Part shown: piece by piece, positions 39,322 to 49,387 of the stretch
How positions within the stretch are numbered: position 1 is the first letter of the stretch
How the letters are laid out: each line of letters opens with the position of its first letter
Source of the DNA: an uncultured Lentisphaerales bacterium
GTDB lineage: Bacteria; Verrucomicrobiota; Lentisphaeria; JABSQK01; UBA12247
Direction: 5' to 3'
Length of the DNA stretch: 64,000 nt
Assembly (NCBI GenBank): GCA_943788985.1
Contig: CALSSJ010000011.1
Span: 32,001-96,000, forward strand
The notes under the pieces: generated by a model
The model's database searches: none
What the model was told of the DNA's origin: nothing
The model's input: only the letters and a program-made list of their open reading frames with translations
Made by a program: the position numbers and the translations under genes

Positions 39322-40659
39322 ATGAGCCTGCAAGACCAGGTATTAGACAGCATGCGCGGGATCATCGATCCCGATCTCGGTAAGGACATCGTCTCGCTTG
39401 GCTTCATCAAGAAGCTCGAGATTTCCAAGGTTGGCGAGGTCTCGTTTGTGGTCGAGCTTACCACACCCGCCTGCCCGGTGAAGGAGCACTTTCGCACCTC
39501 CTGCGAGGCCGCAGTACAAGCACTTCCTTGGGTGAAGTCCGTGTCCGTGGAGATGAGTGCACAGAAGCGCGCGAACTCTGCCCTTCAAGGCCAGAGTGCT
39601 GGACTTGCGAACGTACGCAACATTATCGCTGTCGCGAGCTGTAAGGGGGGCGTTGGCAAATCGACCGTGGCTACAAACTTGGCCTGTGCCTTGGGTGGGA
39701 CTGGTGCGTCGGTGGGCATTTTCGATGCAGATATTTACGGCCCAAGCCTGTCGGTGATGATCGACACGCCATTTCAAGGGCTGGTGCAACGAGCCGATCG
39801 TATGATCGAGCCGGTGGAGCACCACGGCCTCAAGCTGATGTCCTTCGCCTATGCAAACCCCGGAAACGAGAAGGCAGCGATACTTCGCGGTCCGATGGTG
39901 ACTCAGATCATCAATCAGCTTCTCACCGGCACAGACTGGGGAGAACTGGACTACTTGGTGCTCGATCTCCCGCCTGGAACCGGAGATATTCAATTGACGC
40001 TCTGTCAGCTTGTGCCACTCACCGCGGCTGTGATTGTGACCACGCCTCAGAACATCAGCTTCATTGATGTGGCCAAGGGCATCCGGATGTTTGACACGCT
40101 GAAGGTGCCGACCGTTGCTGTGGTTGAGAACATGTCATACTACATCTGTGATGAGTGTGACAAGAAGCACTACATCTTTGGCCGGGGCGCTATGCGCAAG
40201 CTGGTCGAGCAGTTTGGCTTCACCAACACGGTCTCCCTGCCGATGCACCCAGCTGTAGCTGCCTGTGGAGATCATGGGTTGCCGCTGGTCTGGGCGGAAC
40301 CAGACACCGAGACGGCACAATCGTTTAGGGATCTTGCTGGTACTGTGGCGAGGGAGATTAGTCGTCGCACGTATGGTGGAATATCGGCACCTGCTGTGAC
40401 CTTTGAAGACGGTGTGATTGTCATACAGCGAGAGGATGCGGAACGCGTGGAACTTGCACCGCGAAAAGTACGCCTGGCCTGCGCTTGTGCCGTATGCATC
40501 AACGAAATGACCGGTGAGAAGGTGTTGCGAGATGAGGATGTGCCGGAGGATGTACAGCCGCAGAGCATTGAGCCCATGGGCAACTATGCTGTGGCTGTTC
40601 AATGGTCCGACGAGCATTCCTCAATCTATCCATATGACCGTCTCGACGAGTCCAAGTAG
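39322..40659 (+). CDS. mrp: Mrp/NBP35 Fe-S carrier ATPase with N-terminal DUF59 and C-terminal DUF971 domains (HCF101-like)
   Basis: 'IIDPDLGKDIVSLGFI...LTTPACP'; 'ASCKGGVGKST'; 'DADIYGPS'; 'DLPPGTGD'; 'VENMS..CDEC'; 'CACAVC...PMGNYAVAVQWSDEHSSIYPY'. Confidence 0.92.
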   Translation: MSLQDQVLDSMRGIIDPDLGKDIVSLGFIKKLEISKVGEVSFVVELTTPACPVKEHFRTSCEAAVQALPWVKSVSVEMSAQKRANSALQGQSAGLANVRNIIAVASCKGGVGKSTVATNLACALGGTGASVGIFDADIYGPSLSVMIDTPFQGLVQRADRMIEPVEHHGLKLMSFAYANPGNEKAAILRGPMVTQIINQLLTGTDWGELDYLVLDLPPGTGDIQLTLCQLVPLTAAVIVTTPQNISFIDVAKGIRMFDTLKVPTVAVVENMSYYICDECDKKHYIFGRGAMRKLVEQFGFTNTVSLPMHPAVAACGDHGLPLVWAEPDTETAQSFRDLAGTVAREISRRTYGGISAPAVTFEDGVIVIQREDAERVELAPRKVRLACACAVCINEMTGEKVLRDEDVPEDVQPQSIEPMGNYAVAVQWSDEHSSIYPYDRLDESK

Positions 40660-40713
40660 ACCAGCTGGCTCCTCACAGCTGGACAACTCACACTCCGCAG
40701 AAAGAGTATAGAC

Positions 40714-41763
40714 ATGTCTGAGAAAGTATTAAAGATTGCCTTCATTGGCGGCGGTGGCATTGCCAAGAATCATGCCAAGTGGCTCTCTAAATTTGATGAC
40801 GTGCGCATCGTTGCTGTCGCTGAGGTAAGTGCCGAGACCAATACCTGGTGGGAGACTGAGTACGACGTTCCCACTTTTACAGACTACCACAAGATGCTGG
40901 CAGAGATTAAGCCGGACGCGGTCGATATCTGCACGCCCAACTTCCTGCACTACCAGCCTGGGATTGATGCGCTGAAGGCAGGCGCGCACGTATTCGTCGA
41001 GAAGCCGATGGCGATGAACGCCGACGAGTGCCAAGAGATGATTGACGTGGCCCAAGAGACCGGGCGCAAGATCGTGGTTGGGTTTCAGCATCGCTTCGAG
41101 CCCCGAGTCCAGTACATCAGCAATGCTGTCGAGGCAGGCCGCTTCGGAAAGATCATGTATACGCGGGTCAGCGTTTATCGGCGTCGTGGCATCCCTAACT
41201 GGGGTGTCTTCGGGCGCAAAGACCTGCAGGGCGGTGGTTGCCTGATTGACATTGGTGTCCATGCGCTCGACATGGCCTGGTATGCCATTGGTCGCCCCAA
41301 ACCCGTGGCAGTCTCCGGGAACACCTGGACGTACATCGGGGACGATGCTGACAAGGCAGGCGATGTCGCCTGTATGTGGCCCAAGTGGGACACCGAGACC
41401 TACACGGTCGAAGATCTTGCTGTCGGTCAGATACGTTTCGAGGATGGGTCCATTCTTGCTCTTGAAACGAGCTTTGCCATGCACGGCCAAGAGGAAGGCT
41501 ATAACTTCAGTATCTTCGGCGAAAACGCTGGCGCTTCTCTTTCGCCGCTCAAGATTTACACGGACGATTTCGGCCATCAGGTTGATGTGACTCCTGCCTT
41601 TCTGCCGAATGAAGAGATTTGGGATGTCAAGGTTCGGGGGATGATCGACCATTTCCTGAACGATGGCCCGAATCTCTCGCCCGGCGAAGATGGGCTCTTG
41701 GTACAGCAGATGTTGGACGGGATTTACCGGTCGGCTGACGTTGGCCGCGAAGTGCAGATCTGA
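40714..41763 (+). CDS. Gfo/Idh/MocA family oxidoreductase
   Basis: 'IGGGGIA', 'ICTPNFLH', 'HVFVEKPMA', 'GGGCLIDIGVHALD'. Confidence 0.93.
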   Translation: MSEKVLKIAFIGGGGIAKNHAKWLSKFDDVRIVAVAEVSAETNTWWETEYDVPTFTDYHKMLAEIKPDAVDICTPNFLHYQPGIDALKAGAHVFVEKPMAMNADECQEMIDVAQETGRKIVVGFQHRFEPRVQYISNAVEAGRFGKIMYTRVSVYRRRGIPNWGVFGRKDLQGGGCLIDIGVHALDMAWYAIGRPKPVAVSGNTWTYIGDDADKAGDVACMWPKWDTETYTVEDLAVGQIRFEDGSILALETSFAMHGQEEGYNFSIFGENAGASLSPLKIYTDDFGHQVDVTPAFLPNEEIWDVKVRGMIDHFLNDGPNLSPGEDGLLVQQMLDGIYRSADVGREVQI

Positions 41764-41887
41764 CTCTTTGCCATAATCAGAGCCCGGCTGCCGCGCTGCT
41801 GAGACTGCGGGTTGCAATTTTCGTCGCTGCGAACACGGTACATGCTTCGCCAGTAGAATCGCCACCCGCAGGGAGAGCACAATACGC

Positions 41888-42411
41888 ATGGTCGGTGCAC
41901 AGATGTTTACACTTCGGGAGTTTGCCAAAACTGCCGATGATCTAGCTCGTACTCTTGGACGTGTGAGCGAGATCGGCTATTGTGCTTCTGGGGCGTCTGC
42001 GATTGGCGCGATGAATGGTGACGATCCGGAAGTCAGCGCAGAGGTCGCTCGCAAGATGCTGGACGAGGATGGTCTGAGCTGCGCGGCGCCCCATCGTAAC
42101 TGGGAACAGCTGCTCACCGATACAAACCGCGAGATCGAGTTTCACCAGACCTTGGGCTGCAGTTATCTGGCGATTCGTAGTCTGGAGGGAGAGTAGATGT
42201 GATTCATGTCAAGGATAAGCAGGTGATTCTTGGTCAGGGGCCAACATTTTCAGCAGTAGGCGAAGGGAATCTGGATTGGGTGAGTATCCTCGCCGCCTGT
42301 GCGGAAGCTGGCGTGCAGTGCTATTGCGTGGAGCAGGACACCTGCGACCGTGACCCTTTCGACTGCCTAGCAGCGTCCAGCTTTAAGTTTTTATCGAATC
42401 AAGGTCTATAA
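41888..42411 (+). pseudogene. Sugar phosphate isomerase/epimerase remnant with an internal deletion and frameshift
   Basis: The N-terminal part 'VGAQMFTLRE...FHQTLGCSY' joins, in another frame, the C-terminal 'VIHVKD...VGEGNLDW...VEQD'. The central barrel strands are missing. Confidence 0.75.
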
Positions 42412-42418
42412 GGCAGCC

Positions 42419-43831
42419 ATGTCTGAACAAACTGATGTTATTGTATTGGGGGGCGGCCCCGCTGGGTACGCCGCTGCCTTTAAGGCCGCGGACCTGGGGT
42501 TGACCGTCACTCTCGTAGAGAAGGCGGAGAACCCAGGCGGGGTCTGTCTATACCGGGGCTGTATCCCCTCTAAGGCGCTACTGCATGTCGCCAAGCTCAT
42601 CCATGAAGCCCGCGAGGCCGAAGCCTGCGGCGTGAGCTTTGGCGAGCCGAGCATTGATCTCGATAAACTGCGACAGTTCAAGGATCAGGTCGTCAATAAG
42701 TTGACCGGGGGCTTGGGGCAGTTGACCAAGGCTCGTGCCATCACGTACGTCCGCGGGACCGGGGTCATGAGATCCTCAAACGACGTCTTGGTGACGCTCG
42801 CGGATGGGACTGAATCCGAGCATCGCGCTGCTCACGTGATTCTCGCGACTGGCTCTGCGCCGGTGCGTATTCCCAACGTTTCGATTGACGACGGTCGGGT
42901 CATGGATTCCACCGGGGCGCTGGCCCTCGCTGACATTCCGAAGTCACTGTTGGTTGTCGGCGGTGGCTATATCGGCCTGGAGATGGGGAGTGTCTACGCT
43001 GCCCTCGGCTCTAAGGTGACGGTCGTCGAAATGACCGACGGATTACTTCCGGGCGCCGACCGCGACCTCGTGGCGGTACTCGAGAAGCGCATTCGCACAC
43101 AATTTCATGAGATTCTGCTGTCGACCAAGGTAAATAGCGTCAAAGCACTCAAGACCAAGTTGAAGGTTTCCCTTGAGGACGCCAGGAGCAGTTCGACGCA
43201 ATCTTTTGATCGCGTGCTGGTTGCGGTGGGGCGCCGCCCCAATACCGCCGGCATCGGTCTTGAGAACACCAAGGTTACCTTGAATAAGCGCGGTTTTGCC
43301 GAGGTGAATGGCCAGCAACGTACGCAGGATGCTGCGGTGTTCGCAATCGGTGACATCGCGGGCGAGCCCATGCTGGCGCACAAAGGATCCCACGAGGGAA
43401 TCGTGGCTGCCGAAGTGATTGCTGGCCATACTACTGCATTCGAGGCAAACGCCATTCCAGGGGTTGTCTTTACGGACCCCGAGCTGGCGTGGTGTGGCGT
43501 GACTGAAGACGAGGCCAACCGACGCGGCCTGAACACCGTGATTTCTCGCTTCCCGTGGGCGGCATCCGGCCGCGCCACCACGCTGGATCGAAACGATGGT
43601 CTGACCAAGCTGATCGTCGATGCCAAAAGCGAACGCGTACTTGGGGTCGGAATTTGCGGCGTCGGGGCCGGGGAGATGATTGCTGAAGGCGTACTCGCTG
43701 TGGAAATGGCTGCGACTGTTAGTGATCTTAAGTTGTCGATTCATGCGCATCCGACCTTGAGTGAGACCGTGATGGAAGCTGCGGAACTCGTGCATGGTCC
43801 AAGTACGCACGTCTTCCGGCCGGCACGGTAG
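42419..43831 (+). CDS. lpdA: Dihydrolipoamide dehydrogenase
   Basis: 'GGGPAGY', 'GGVCLYRGCIPSKAL', 'GGGYIGLE', 'PMLAHK', 'HAHPTLSE'. Confidence 0.95.
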   Translation: MSEQTDVIVLGGGPAGYAAAFKAADLGLTVTLVEKAENPGGVCLYRGCIPSKALLHVAKLIHEAREAEACGVSFGEPSIDLDKLRQFKDQVVNKLTGGLGQLTKARAITYVRGTGVMRSSNDVLVTLADGTESEHRAAHVILATGSAPVRIPNVSIDDGRVMDSTGALALADIPKSLLVVGGGYIGLEMGSVYAALGSKVTVVEMTDGLLPGADRDLVAVLEKRIRTQFHEILLSTKVNSVKALKTKLKVSLEDARSSSTQSFDRVLVAVGRRPNTAGIGLENTKVTLNKRGFAEVNGQQRTQDAAVFAIGDIAGEPMLAHKGSHEGIVAAEVIAGHTTAFEANAIPGVVFTDPELAWCGVTEDEANRRGLNTVISRFPWAASGRATTLDRNDGLTKLIVDAKSERVLGVGICGVGAGEMIAEGVLAVEMAATVSDLKLSIHAHPTLSETVMEAAELVHGPSTHVFRPAR

Positions 43832-43836
43832 GGGGG

Positions 43837-44646
43837 GTGGCAATTATGCGTTACGCTTTCCGATCCTCACGTTCCGACCCGCTGATTCCTGTCAGAAATG
43901 GCATTTCAACCCGCACCCCCAGGGGGCAGATTGGCCAGACTTGGTGGGGCCGACGTTGGCTTGAGCCTTTTGAAGAGAGTGTGGCACGGCCCGTTCTCGA
44001 CAATGGTCGAAAGTACGCCCGCAAAGGACAGATCCTTTCTATCACCGTCACGCCCGGCGATGTACGCGCTGTGGTTCAGGGGTCTCGCGAGGAGCCCTAC
44101 GAATGCAACGCGCAGTACAAGACGGTGCCGGATGATGAGTGGACAGTAGCTTTGGAGAAGCTGAGCGCATCATCACTCCCTGTGGCGCACCTGCTGGCAA
44201 ATCGCATGCCCGAGAACATCGAAGAGTATCTTGGTCTGGAGCCGCATCGCTTCTTTCCGGATTTTGCCCCGCCTGCTGACTGCTTCTGTGAGTGTATCAA
44301 TGGCGGCAGATTCTGTAAGCATCTAGCCGCAGTCTATTACATTCTGGCAGAGAGGTTTGATGAAGACCCATTCCTACTGTTTAAGCTCCGAGGCCTGGAT
44401 ACCCAAGTCATCAGAGATCACTGGCGGGAGCAATGGGGAATTAAGCCCGAATCGGAGACGACGGTGGCCACAGTCGAGGAAGGAGCCACACCTCAGCCGT
44501 TTTATGGCGGGGACGTCGAGCCTTTGATTGATCTTGAGCAGCAACCCATTCAGCGCCTTGACGTGTTGAATCGGCTCGGCATGCCGACCTTTCTTCCGGC
44601 GCGAGATGAGACCAGCATTGGCGCCTTGCGCCGCTTCTACGATTAG
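43837..44646 (+). CDS. SWIM zinc-finger protein (start may be ATG 43846)
   Basis: 'TWWGRRW', 'GRKYARKGQ', 'VQGS...PY', 'CECINGGRFCKHLAAVYY', 'FDEDPFLLFKLRG'. Confidence 0.88.
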   Translation: MAIMRYAFRSSRSDPLIPVRNGISTRTPRGQIGQTWWGRRWLEPFEESVARPVLDNGRKYARKGQILSITVTPGDVRAVVQGSREEPYECNAQYKTVPDDEWTVALEKLSASSLPVAHLLANRMPENIEEYLGLEPHRFFPDFAPPADCFCECINGGRFCKHLAAVYYILAERFDEDPFLLFKLRGLDTQVIRDHWREQWGIKPESETTVATVEEGATPQPFYGGDVEPLIDLEQQPIQRLDVLNRLGMPTFLPARDETSIGALRRFYD

Positions 44647-44665
44647 CCGAGCCTAGGGCGGCTAA
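44643..44665. terminator. Hairpin between convergent genes
   Basis: TTAGCCG-N9-CGGCTAA; no U-tract. Confidence 0.3.
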
Positions 44666-44696
44666 GTCCGACAGGCTATTGTGCAACACTAGGCCG

Positions 44697-45746
44697 TTAG
44701 ATGGCCGCCTGCAGAATGGGGAGGGCGTGCTGGGCCCACCTTTCCCAGCTCTGAGAACGGGCCCACTCCTGATTTTCAGCCGTTGGCGGAGTAGCGCGCA
44801 GCGCAGTTGCAATCTGACTGGCGAGGTCTGCGTTGTTGCAAAAGGTCATGGCGCGGCCGTTCGAGGTTTCGCACAGGACCGGATGATGTGCGTGCAATAA
44901 TGGCGAGCCGCTGGCCATTGCCTCAAGAATTGGCAGGCCGAATCCCTCATCTATGCTGGGCATGACAGTCAGGGCGGCGTGTGCGTAGAGAGTCGGCAAC
45001 TCGGTGCGGGGGACGTAGCCCAGATGTACGACGTTTGGCCCCGCTTGCTGTAGAGCACGGCGAATCGGCGCAGAGCGCCAGGCGTAGCGGCCAGCGATGA
45101 CCAACTCATGGTCGCCTGTGTCGAGGGATTGGAAGGCTTCGAGTAACTGCCCGACGCCCTTCTTAGGCTCAAGGTTTCCCACGAACAAGATGTAGGGCCG
45201 CTCGCGTGGGCGAGCCTGGGGCCTATCGAGAAAGCAAGGATCCACGCCCAGAGGGATGCGCTCGATGCGGGGGATCGGGACCCCAAATCTGCTGTGCACT
45301 GCGTCAGCCTCCGCGGTGGAAGACACGAGCACCGTCTTCGCGCGGCGGACCGCGGCCGGCATCAAGACACGCATGTGCGCTGCGTTGCGAAGTGCGCACA
45401 GCTCCGGCCGGCGAAACGCCAGTGTATCATGGACATGGACCACGTAGGGGATTGGGCAGCGGACTGGTGCGGTATAGGCTGGAGCGAACAGGACGCCTGC
45501 ATCCCGCAGGTAATGGGGAAACACCAACTGTTGCCAGGCGATCCTGCGCAGAACGTTGCCCGCGACAGGCCCCGGTGAGGTGGGAATGCTGGCCCGAGCA
45601 CAGGCATCTATAAGGTCTGAATCGCCCGTGAATACATGGGCGCGGCCGTAGCTGCCAAGCGCAATCGCCCCTGCTGCCACTGCGTAGTGCACGCCACTGC
45701 GGGGCGGTCCCACAACGGTCGCGTCGATTGCGATTCCGGAATTCAC
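44697..45746 (-). CDS. GT4 (GT-B) glycosyltransferase
   Basis: 'VHVHD', 'YILFVGNLEPKKG', 'PSIDEGFGLPILEAMASG', 'SWER'. Confidence 0.92.
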   Translation of the reverse strand: MNSGIAIDATVVGPPRSGVHYAVAAGAIALGSYGRAHVFTGDSDLIDACARASIPTSPGPVAGNVLRRIAWQQLVFPHYLRDAGVLFAPAYTAPVRCPIPYVVHVHDTLAFRRPELCALRNAAHMRVLMPAAVRRAKTVLVSSTAEADAVHSRFGVPIPRIERIPLGVDPCFLDRPQARPRERPYILFVGNLEPKKGVGQLLEAFQSLDTGDHELVIAGRYAWRSAPIRRALQQAGPNVVHLGYVPRTELPTLYAHAALTVMPSIDEGFGLPILEAMASGSPLLHAHHPVLCETSNGRAMTFCNNADLASQIATALRATPPTAENQEWARSQSWERWAQHALPILQAAI

Positions 45747-45759
45747 AGCCGCCTGCTCG

Positions 45760-48054
45760 TCAGGGTCGGTTGTGCGGCGTTCGCAACTCTACGATCGCCT
45801 GTCCGCTTAGCTCGACCCGCAGCGGCTGCCCTGCGATCGCGGGGTTGACGACCACGGCCAGCTGGCTCGTGCCAGTGGCAAGCTGGATCGTATCGCCTAC
45901 GACCTCTTCCCAACCGTGCTCGTCGCGAAGCCAGCACGAGACCAAGCCGCAATCACGGGAAATACTCACGGTCGCTGAGCCTGCACGTCGGCAGTAGAGG
46001 TCGGTGCTCAGCACGATCGCATCTGTACCCAAATCTTTGAGTTTGCTGACTAGTACCTGATTGTCGGCACCGGCGTAGAGCCGCGTTGCGGATCGTTCGC
46101 TGCGCGTCGGGAGGGCACCCGAATACGGGTAGGCCAGCCAGTTGGTGACCACCGGCTCGGGGAGGTACGAAGACTTGCCAGGGCTACCAAGTTGCGTAAG
46201 AAAGGCAGCGAGATGGTAGACATCGACTTGGGATAGTTCGTCAATGCCATCGGGAGCCATCAGCGATACTGGCTGTTTCTCAACCTGACTGTGCTGCGGC
46301 AGATAAAGGGGCTCACCGTTGGTCCGGGTGTGGCGGTCGCGGTCCGCAGCGGAGGCGTGATAGATGTCCCCGTACGGGAGGGAGAGGGCGACGGCTGTCT
46401 CGCCAGCACCGCGACGAATTAACGCATCCAAGATGGTCTGAGTATCGCGCTGGAGCCCTAGTTGGGTGAGTTCCGGGCCAATGTCATTGCCACGGCCGCC
46501 CACTGTGTGGCACGTGGCGCAGGCAGCGCGCTCGGAGAAAAATAGGTCGCGCCCGAGCTTTGGCTTTCCCTGTCGCATGACCGCGTCTCTGACTCGGTCC
46601 TTGTTGCGCCGAAGGATCTGTTGGTGAGTGGGCTTGTAGCCCGCAATCGAGCGGAGGCTTTTGTTGAGGTCTTCCGCGGCAATCCCCTCGCGCTTGAGTA
46701 CAAATCGCAGGGCCTTGCGCGCATCGCCGCTCGGCGCCAACGATGTCTTGGTGATGGCGTCCCGAAAGCTGCGGACACTCAGCAGTAGCGCGAAGGCGTC
46801 AGCCAACGATACGGCGTCTTTGCCACGGACCTTGGTTGCGGTCTCCGCAAACGCCTGGCAGGCCGCGGTCGGATCGCGGCGCGCCAGCAGGACAGCGGCT
46901 AGGATACGATCATCATTGCCCGGAAGAGCCGGCAGCGTAGTTTCGAGACGAGTCTCGAATGCGCCTCGTTGCAGTGCTTCGGCGGCGGCTAGGCGTACCG
47001 AAAAGGGCTGTTCGCGGTCGAGCAGAAGGGCCTCGAGTGCACGAGTGGCGGCTTCAACACGGCCAATGCCAGCAAGCCGACAGGCGAGTATGCGTACATC
47101 AGCTAGGGGGTGGCGGAGGAGGGCAGCGATGGTCGCCGAGGAGGCCCGGCCCATGCGTCTTATCTCGCCAGCTGTTGCGAGTGCATTGCCGGCTCCCAGC
47201 AGCCAGTCCGGCCCGGCGGAAATGGTCAGGGCCTGCTTTGCGAGCGTCGCATGCAGACGGTCAATCTGCGGGCCAGTAGCATAGGCGGAAAACCGGGCCA
47301 ACTCATCGCGAGTTTCATCGTTGCTGAGATAAGTCCGGGCAGTCCGGGCGAAGAAGCGTACAAAATCTGGTGCGCAGGCGGTCGGCGCTGGCGCGGTTTC
47401 TGGGACTGGCTGACCCAGCAGGCTTGCGAGGAGATGCTGGAGCAACAGGGCGGCAGCGGGCTCCGCCAAGTTCTCTGGGCCAAATAGGCAGACGTAGGTT
47501 CCATCTGCGGTTTGCCACAACACAGGGATGTGGGGCACTGATTCTGCGACGACCGGCATTGGGCTGGAGGCCGGCCAATCGAATTCAACCCGAGCCTCGA
47601 CCTGCGCCCAGGCGAAGGCTTGCGCACCTGCATCCAGGGTGACGTGGGCGAGCGGCACATTCTGTACGGGAGTCTGTGGAATTTGCGCCAGTGCGGGCAT
47701 GGCTCCTGTCATCAGGTTCCAGATGCGGTAGCGGCTGATTGTTTGCACGGTGACACCGCTTTGCCTCGGGGGTAGCGCTGCCAGGGCATGCGCACCAAGA
47801 ACGACACGAGTGCCGCTGGAGTGAGCCGCGTCGGCGACTCCGACACAGTCCAATACCAGATCGAACTCGCCCGCGCGCTGGCTGTGTGCCGCAGGCAGTA
47901 CGGCGACTTGTAGATCTTGGGCCGCGAGCCAGTCCTGGAGACCGGCAATTCCACGGGAAGATGCGTCCAGGCGGTCGGGTGTAATCAGCAGTACTTTCGG
48001 GCCGGCAAGAGCGCCGTAGGCTAGAGTCAGGGTCAAAAAGAATCGGATCGACAT
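45760..48054 (-). CDS. Secreted HEAT-repeat protein with PVC-type heme-binding CxxCH domain
   Basis: Start reassigned to ATG 48054; HEAT-like 'DVRILACRLAG', 'SVRLAAAEAL'; 'GRDLFFSERAACATCH...IGPELT...SLMAPDG'. Confidence 0.75.
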   Translation of the reverse strand: MSIRFFLTLTLAYGALAGPKVLLITPDRLDASSRGIAGLQDWLAAQDLQVAVLPAAHSQRAGEFDLVLDCVGVADAAHSSGTRVVLGAHALAALPPRQSGVTVQTISRYRIWNLMTGAMPALAQIPQTPVQNVPLAHVTLDAGAQAFAWAQVEARVEFDWPASSPMPVVAESVPHIPVLWQTADGTYVCLFGPENLAEPAAALLLQHLLASLLGQPVPETAPAPTACAPDFVRFFARTARTYLSNDETRDELARFSAYATGPQIDRLHATLAKQALTISAGPDWLLGAGNALATAGEIRRMGRASSATIAALLRHPLADVRILACRLAGIGRVEAATRALEALLLDREQPFSVRLAAAEALQRGAFETRLETTLPALPGNDDRILAAVLLARRDPTAACQAFAETATKVRGKDAVSLADAFALLLSVRSFRDAITKTSLAPSGDARKALRFVLKREGIAAEDLNKSLRSIAGYKPTHQQILRRNKDRVRDAVMRQGKPKLGRDLFFSERAACATCHTVGGRGNDIGPELTQLGLQRDTQTILDALIRRGAGETAVALSLPYGDIYHASAADRDRHTRTNGEPLYLPQHSQVEKQPVSLMAPDGIDELSQVDVYHLAAFLTQLGSPGKSSYLPEPVVTNWLAYPYSGALPTRSERSATRLYAGADNQVLVSKLKDLGTDAIVLSTDLYCRRAGSATVSISRDCGLVSCWLRDEHGWEEVVGDTIQLATGTSQLAVVVNPAIAGQPLRVELSGQAIVELRTPHNRP

Positions 48055-48156
48055 CGCGTGAGGACAATGAGTCAGGGAGTGAGTGCCAACACCCATAATG
48101 AACGCATCCCCGCGCGGTGCAACGGCAGCGTGGGAAAAAGCCAGGCTGTTTGGCCG

Positions 48157-49159
48157 CTAAGTCCGCTGCCGGGCCTCGCGAAGTTGGGCAATCTCCTGCT
48201 TCACAACGTCAGAGGCATCTTCGTAGTCGTACTGATGGTCGAGCAGCGCGTAGGTAAAAGTCCCATTGCCACGGTTATACCAGCGCCAATCGATGGGACT
48301 CGCACATCCATCGAGGCCCACGGGACGCTGCCTACAATCTCTGGATGCTTGCCAATGCCCTCGTATCCTTCGCGCAGAATGGTGCCGTGCCGGATGGCCT
48401 GGGTCGGTCTTCTCCCGTCCTTCTAAGCCGTCCGGCGCCGCAGAGATGGAACCAAATTCGGTGATCATGAGTTGCTTGTTGAACCGGCGCAGCATTTCCA
48501 TAAACTTGTCGGCGGCGGTGGGGTTGTCTCCCGAACTCGCCACGTAGAGGTTCGCCCCAATCACGTCAAGCAGGTCATAAAACGCATCTGGGTGAGCAGG
48601 GTACCAGTCCTGCCCCTCGATGCGAATCTCGCGGTAGTTGATCTCGTCTACCATGGTTTCGTCGGCGGTGCGGATCTCAGTCCCATACAAGGTGGGGGCT
48701 TCAGTGTCCCAGAGCTTGATCTTGCTGCGTGAAATCCGCAGTCCTACTTTCGCCAGGCCGCCCACCGGAAACTCCAATGCGGCCTCGAGGCCGAGTTCTG
48801 GGATCGCTACGGTAGCGGGCAACGTTGTGTTGCGTCCTGCGGCAGAGGCTGTGGCCAAACCACGGCCTCATCGCCTTCCAAAGCAGTCCGTGTTCGGAAG
48901 TCTTCCACGTAGGTTCGAGGCACGAAAATCAAGGGCACTTGATCGAGTCCGAAGTCGCGCACGCAGTTGGCGTGGCCATCGTACCAAGCGAGCTCCGGAA
49001 ATTCCTACTTCCATGTCGAGTAACCTCGGAGTCCCATAGGCCCTCCAAATTAAAGCACGGGAAGAAACCGCCGTTGTCGCCTTCCTGTTTGCACCACTGT
49101 TGCTGGCGGGAATACTGGTAGGGGATCTGGGTTGAATTTACAGGTACAGTTAAGATCAA
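48157..49159 (-). pseudogene. Glycoside hydrolase family 2-like remnant
   Basis: 'IKLWDTEAPTLY...NYREIRIEG' is followed directly by 'DVIGANLY...NKQLMITEFG', so most of the catalytic barrel is absent. The 5' part is fragmented. Confidence 0.55.
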
Positions 49160-49387
49160 TTTAATTCGAGACTGGGTAAGAATCGCCAGGACTGTTTACC
49201 CAGCACAGAAGGTACAACAATTGTTACACCGATGGGCTGAACGTCCGGCCTCACGCGACGATTGCCATGCGTCAGCGCAGGCGGCTTACACGGTAGAATA
49301 CCGCGGTCAGGAGCGTGTCGGCCTTGACTTCCTTGCGCGTCCCCTAAGGTACCCGACTTTCTAAACCGCAGAGCCCAAGGGTTTACC

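Noticed and set aside
49160..49260. PRPP/ykkC-type riboswitch upstream of purL (GGTACA-hairpin-TACACCG)
   Set aside because: The 5' TGTACC/TAGGGTTCCG elements and the conserved 3' loop are absent. A cmsearch would be decisive.
49324..49350. Sigma70 promoter TTGACT...TAAGGT for purL
   Set aside because: The spacer is only 15 nt and the -10 is weak, so it is not supportable.
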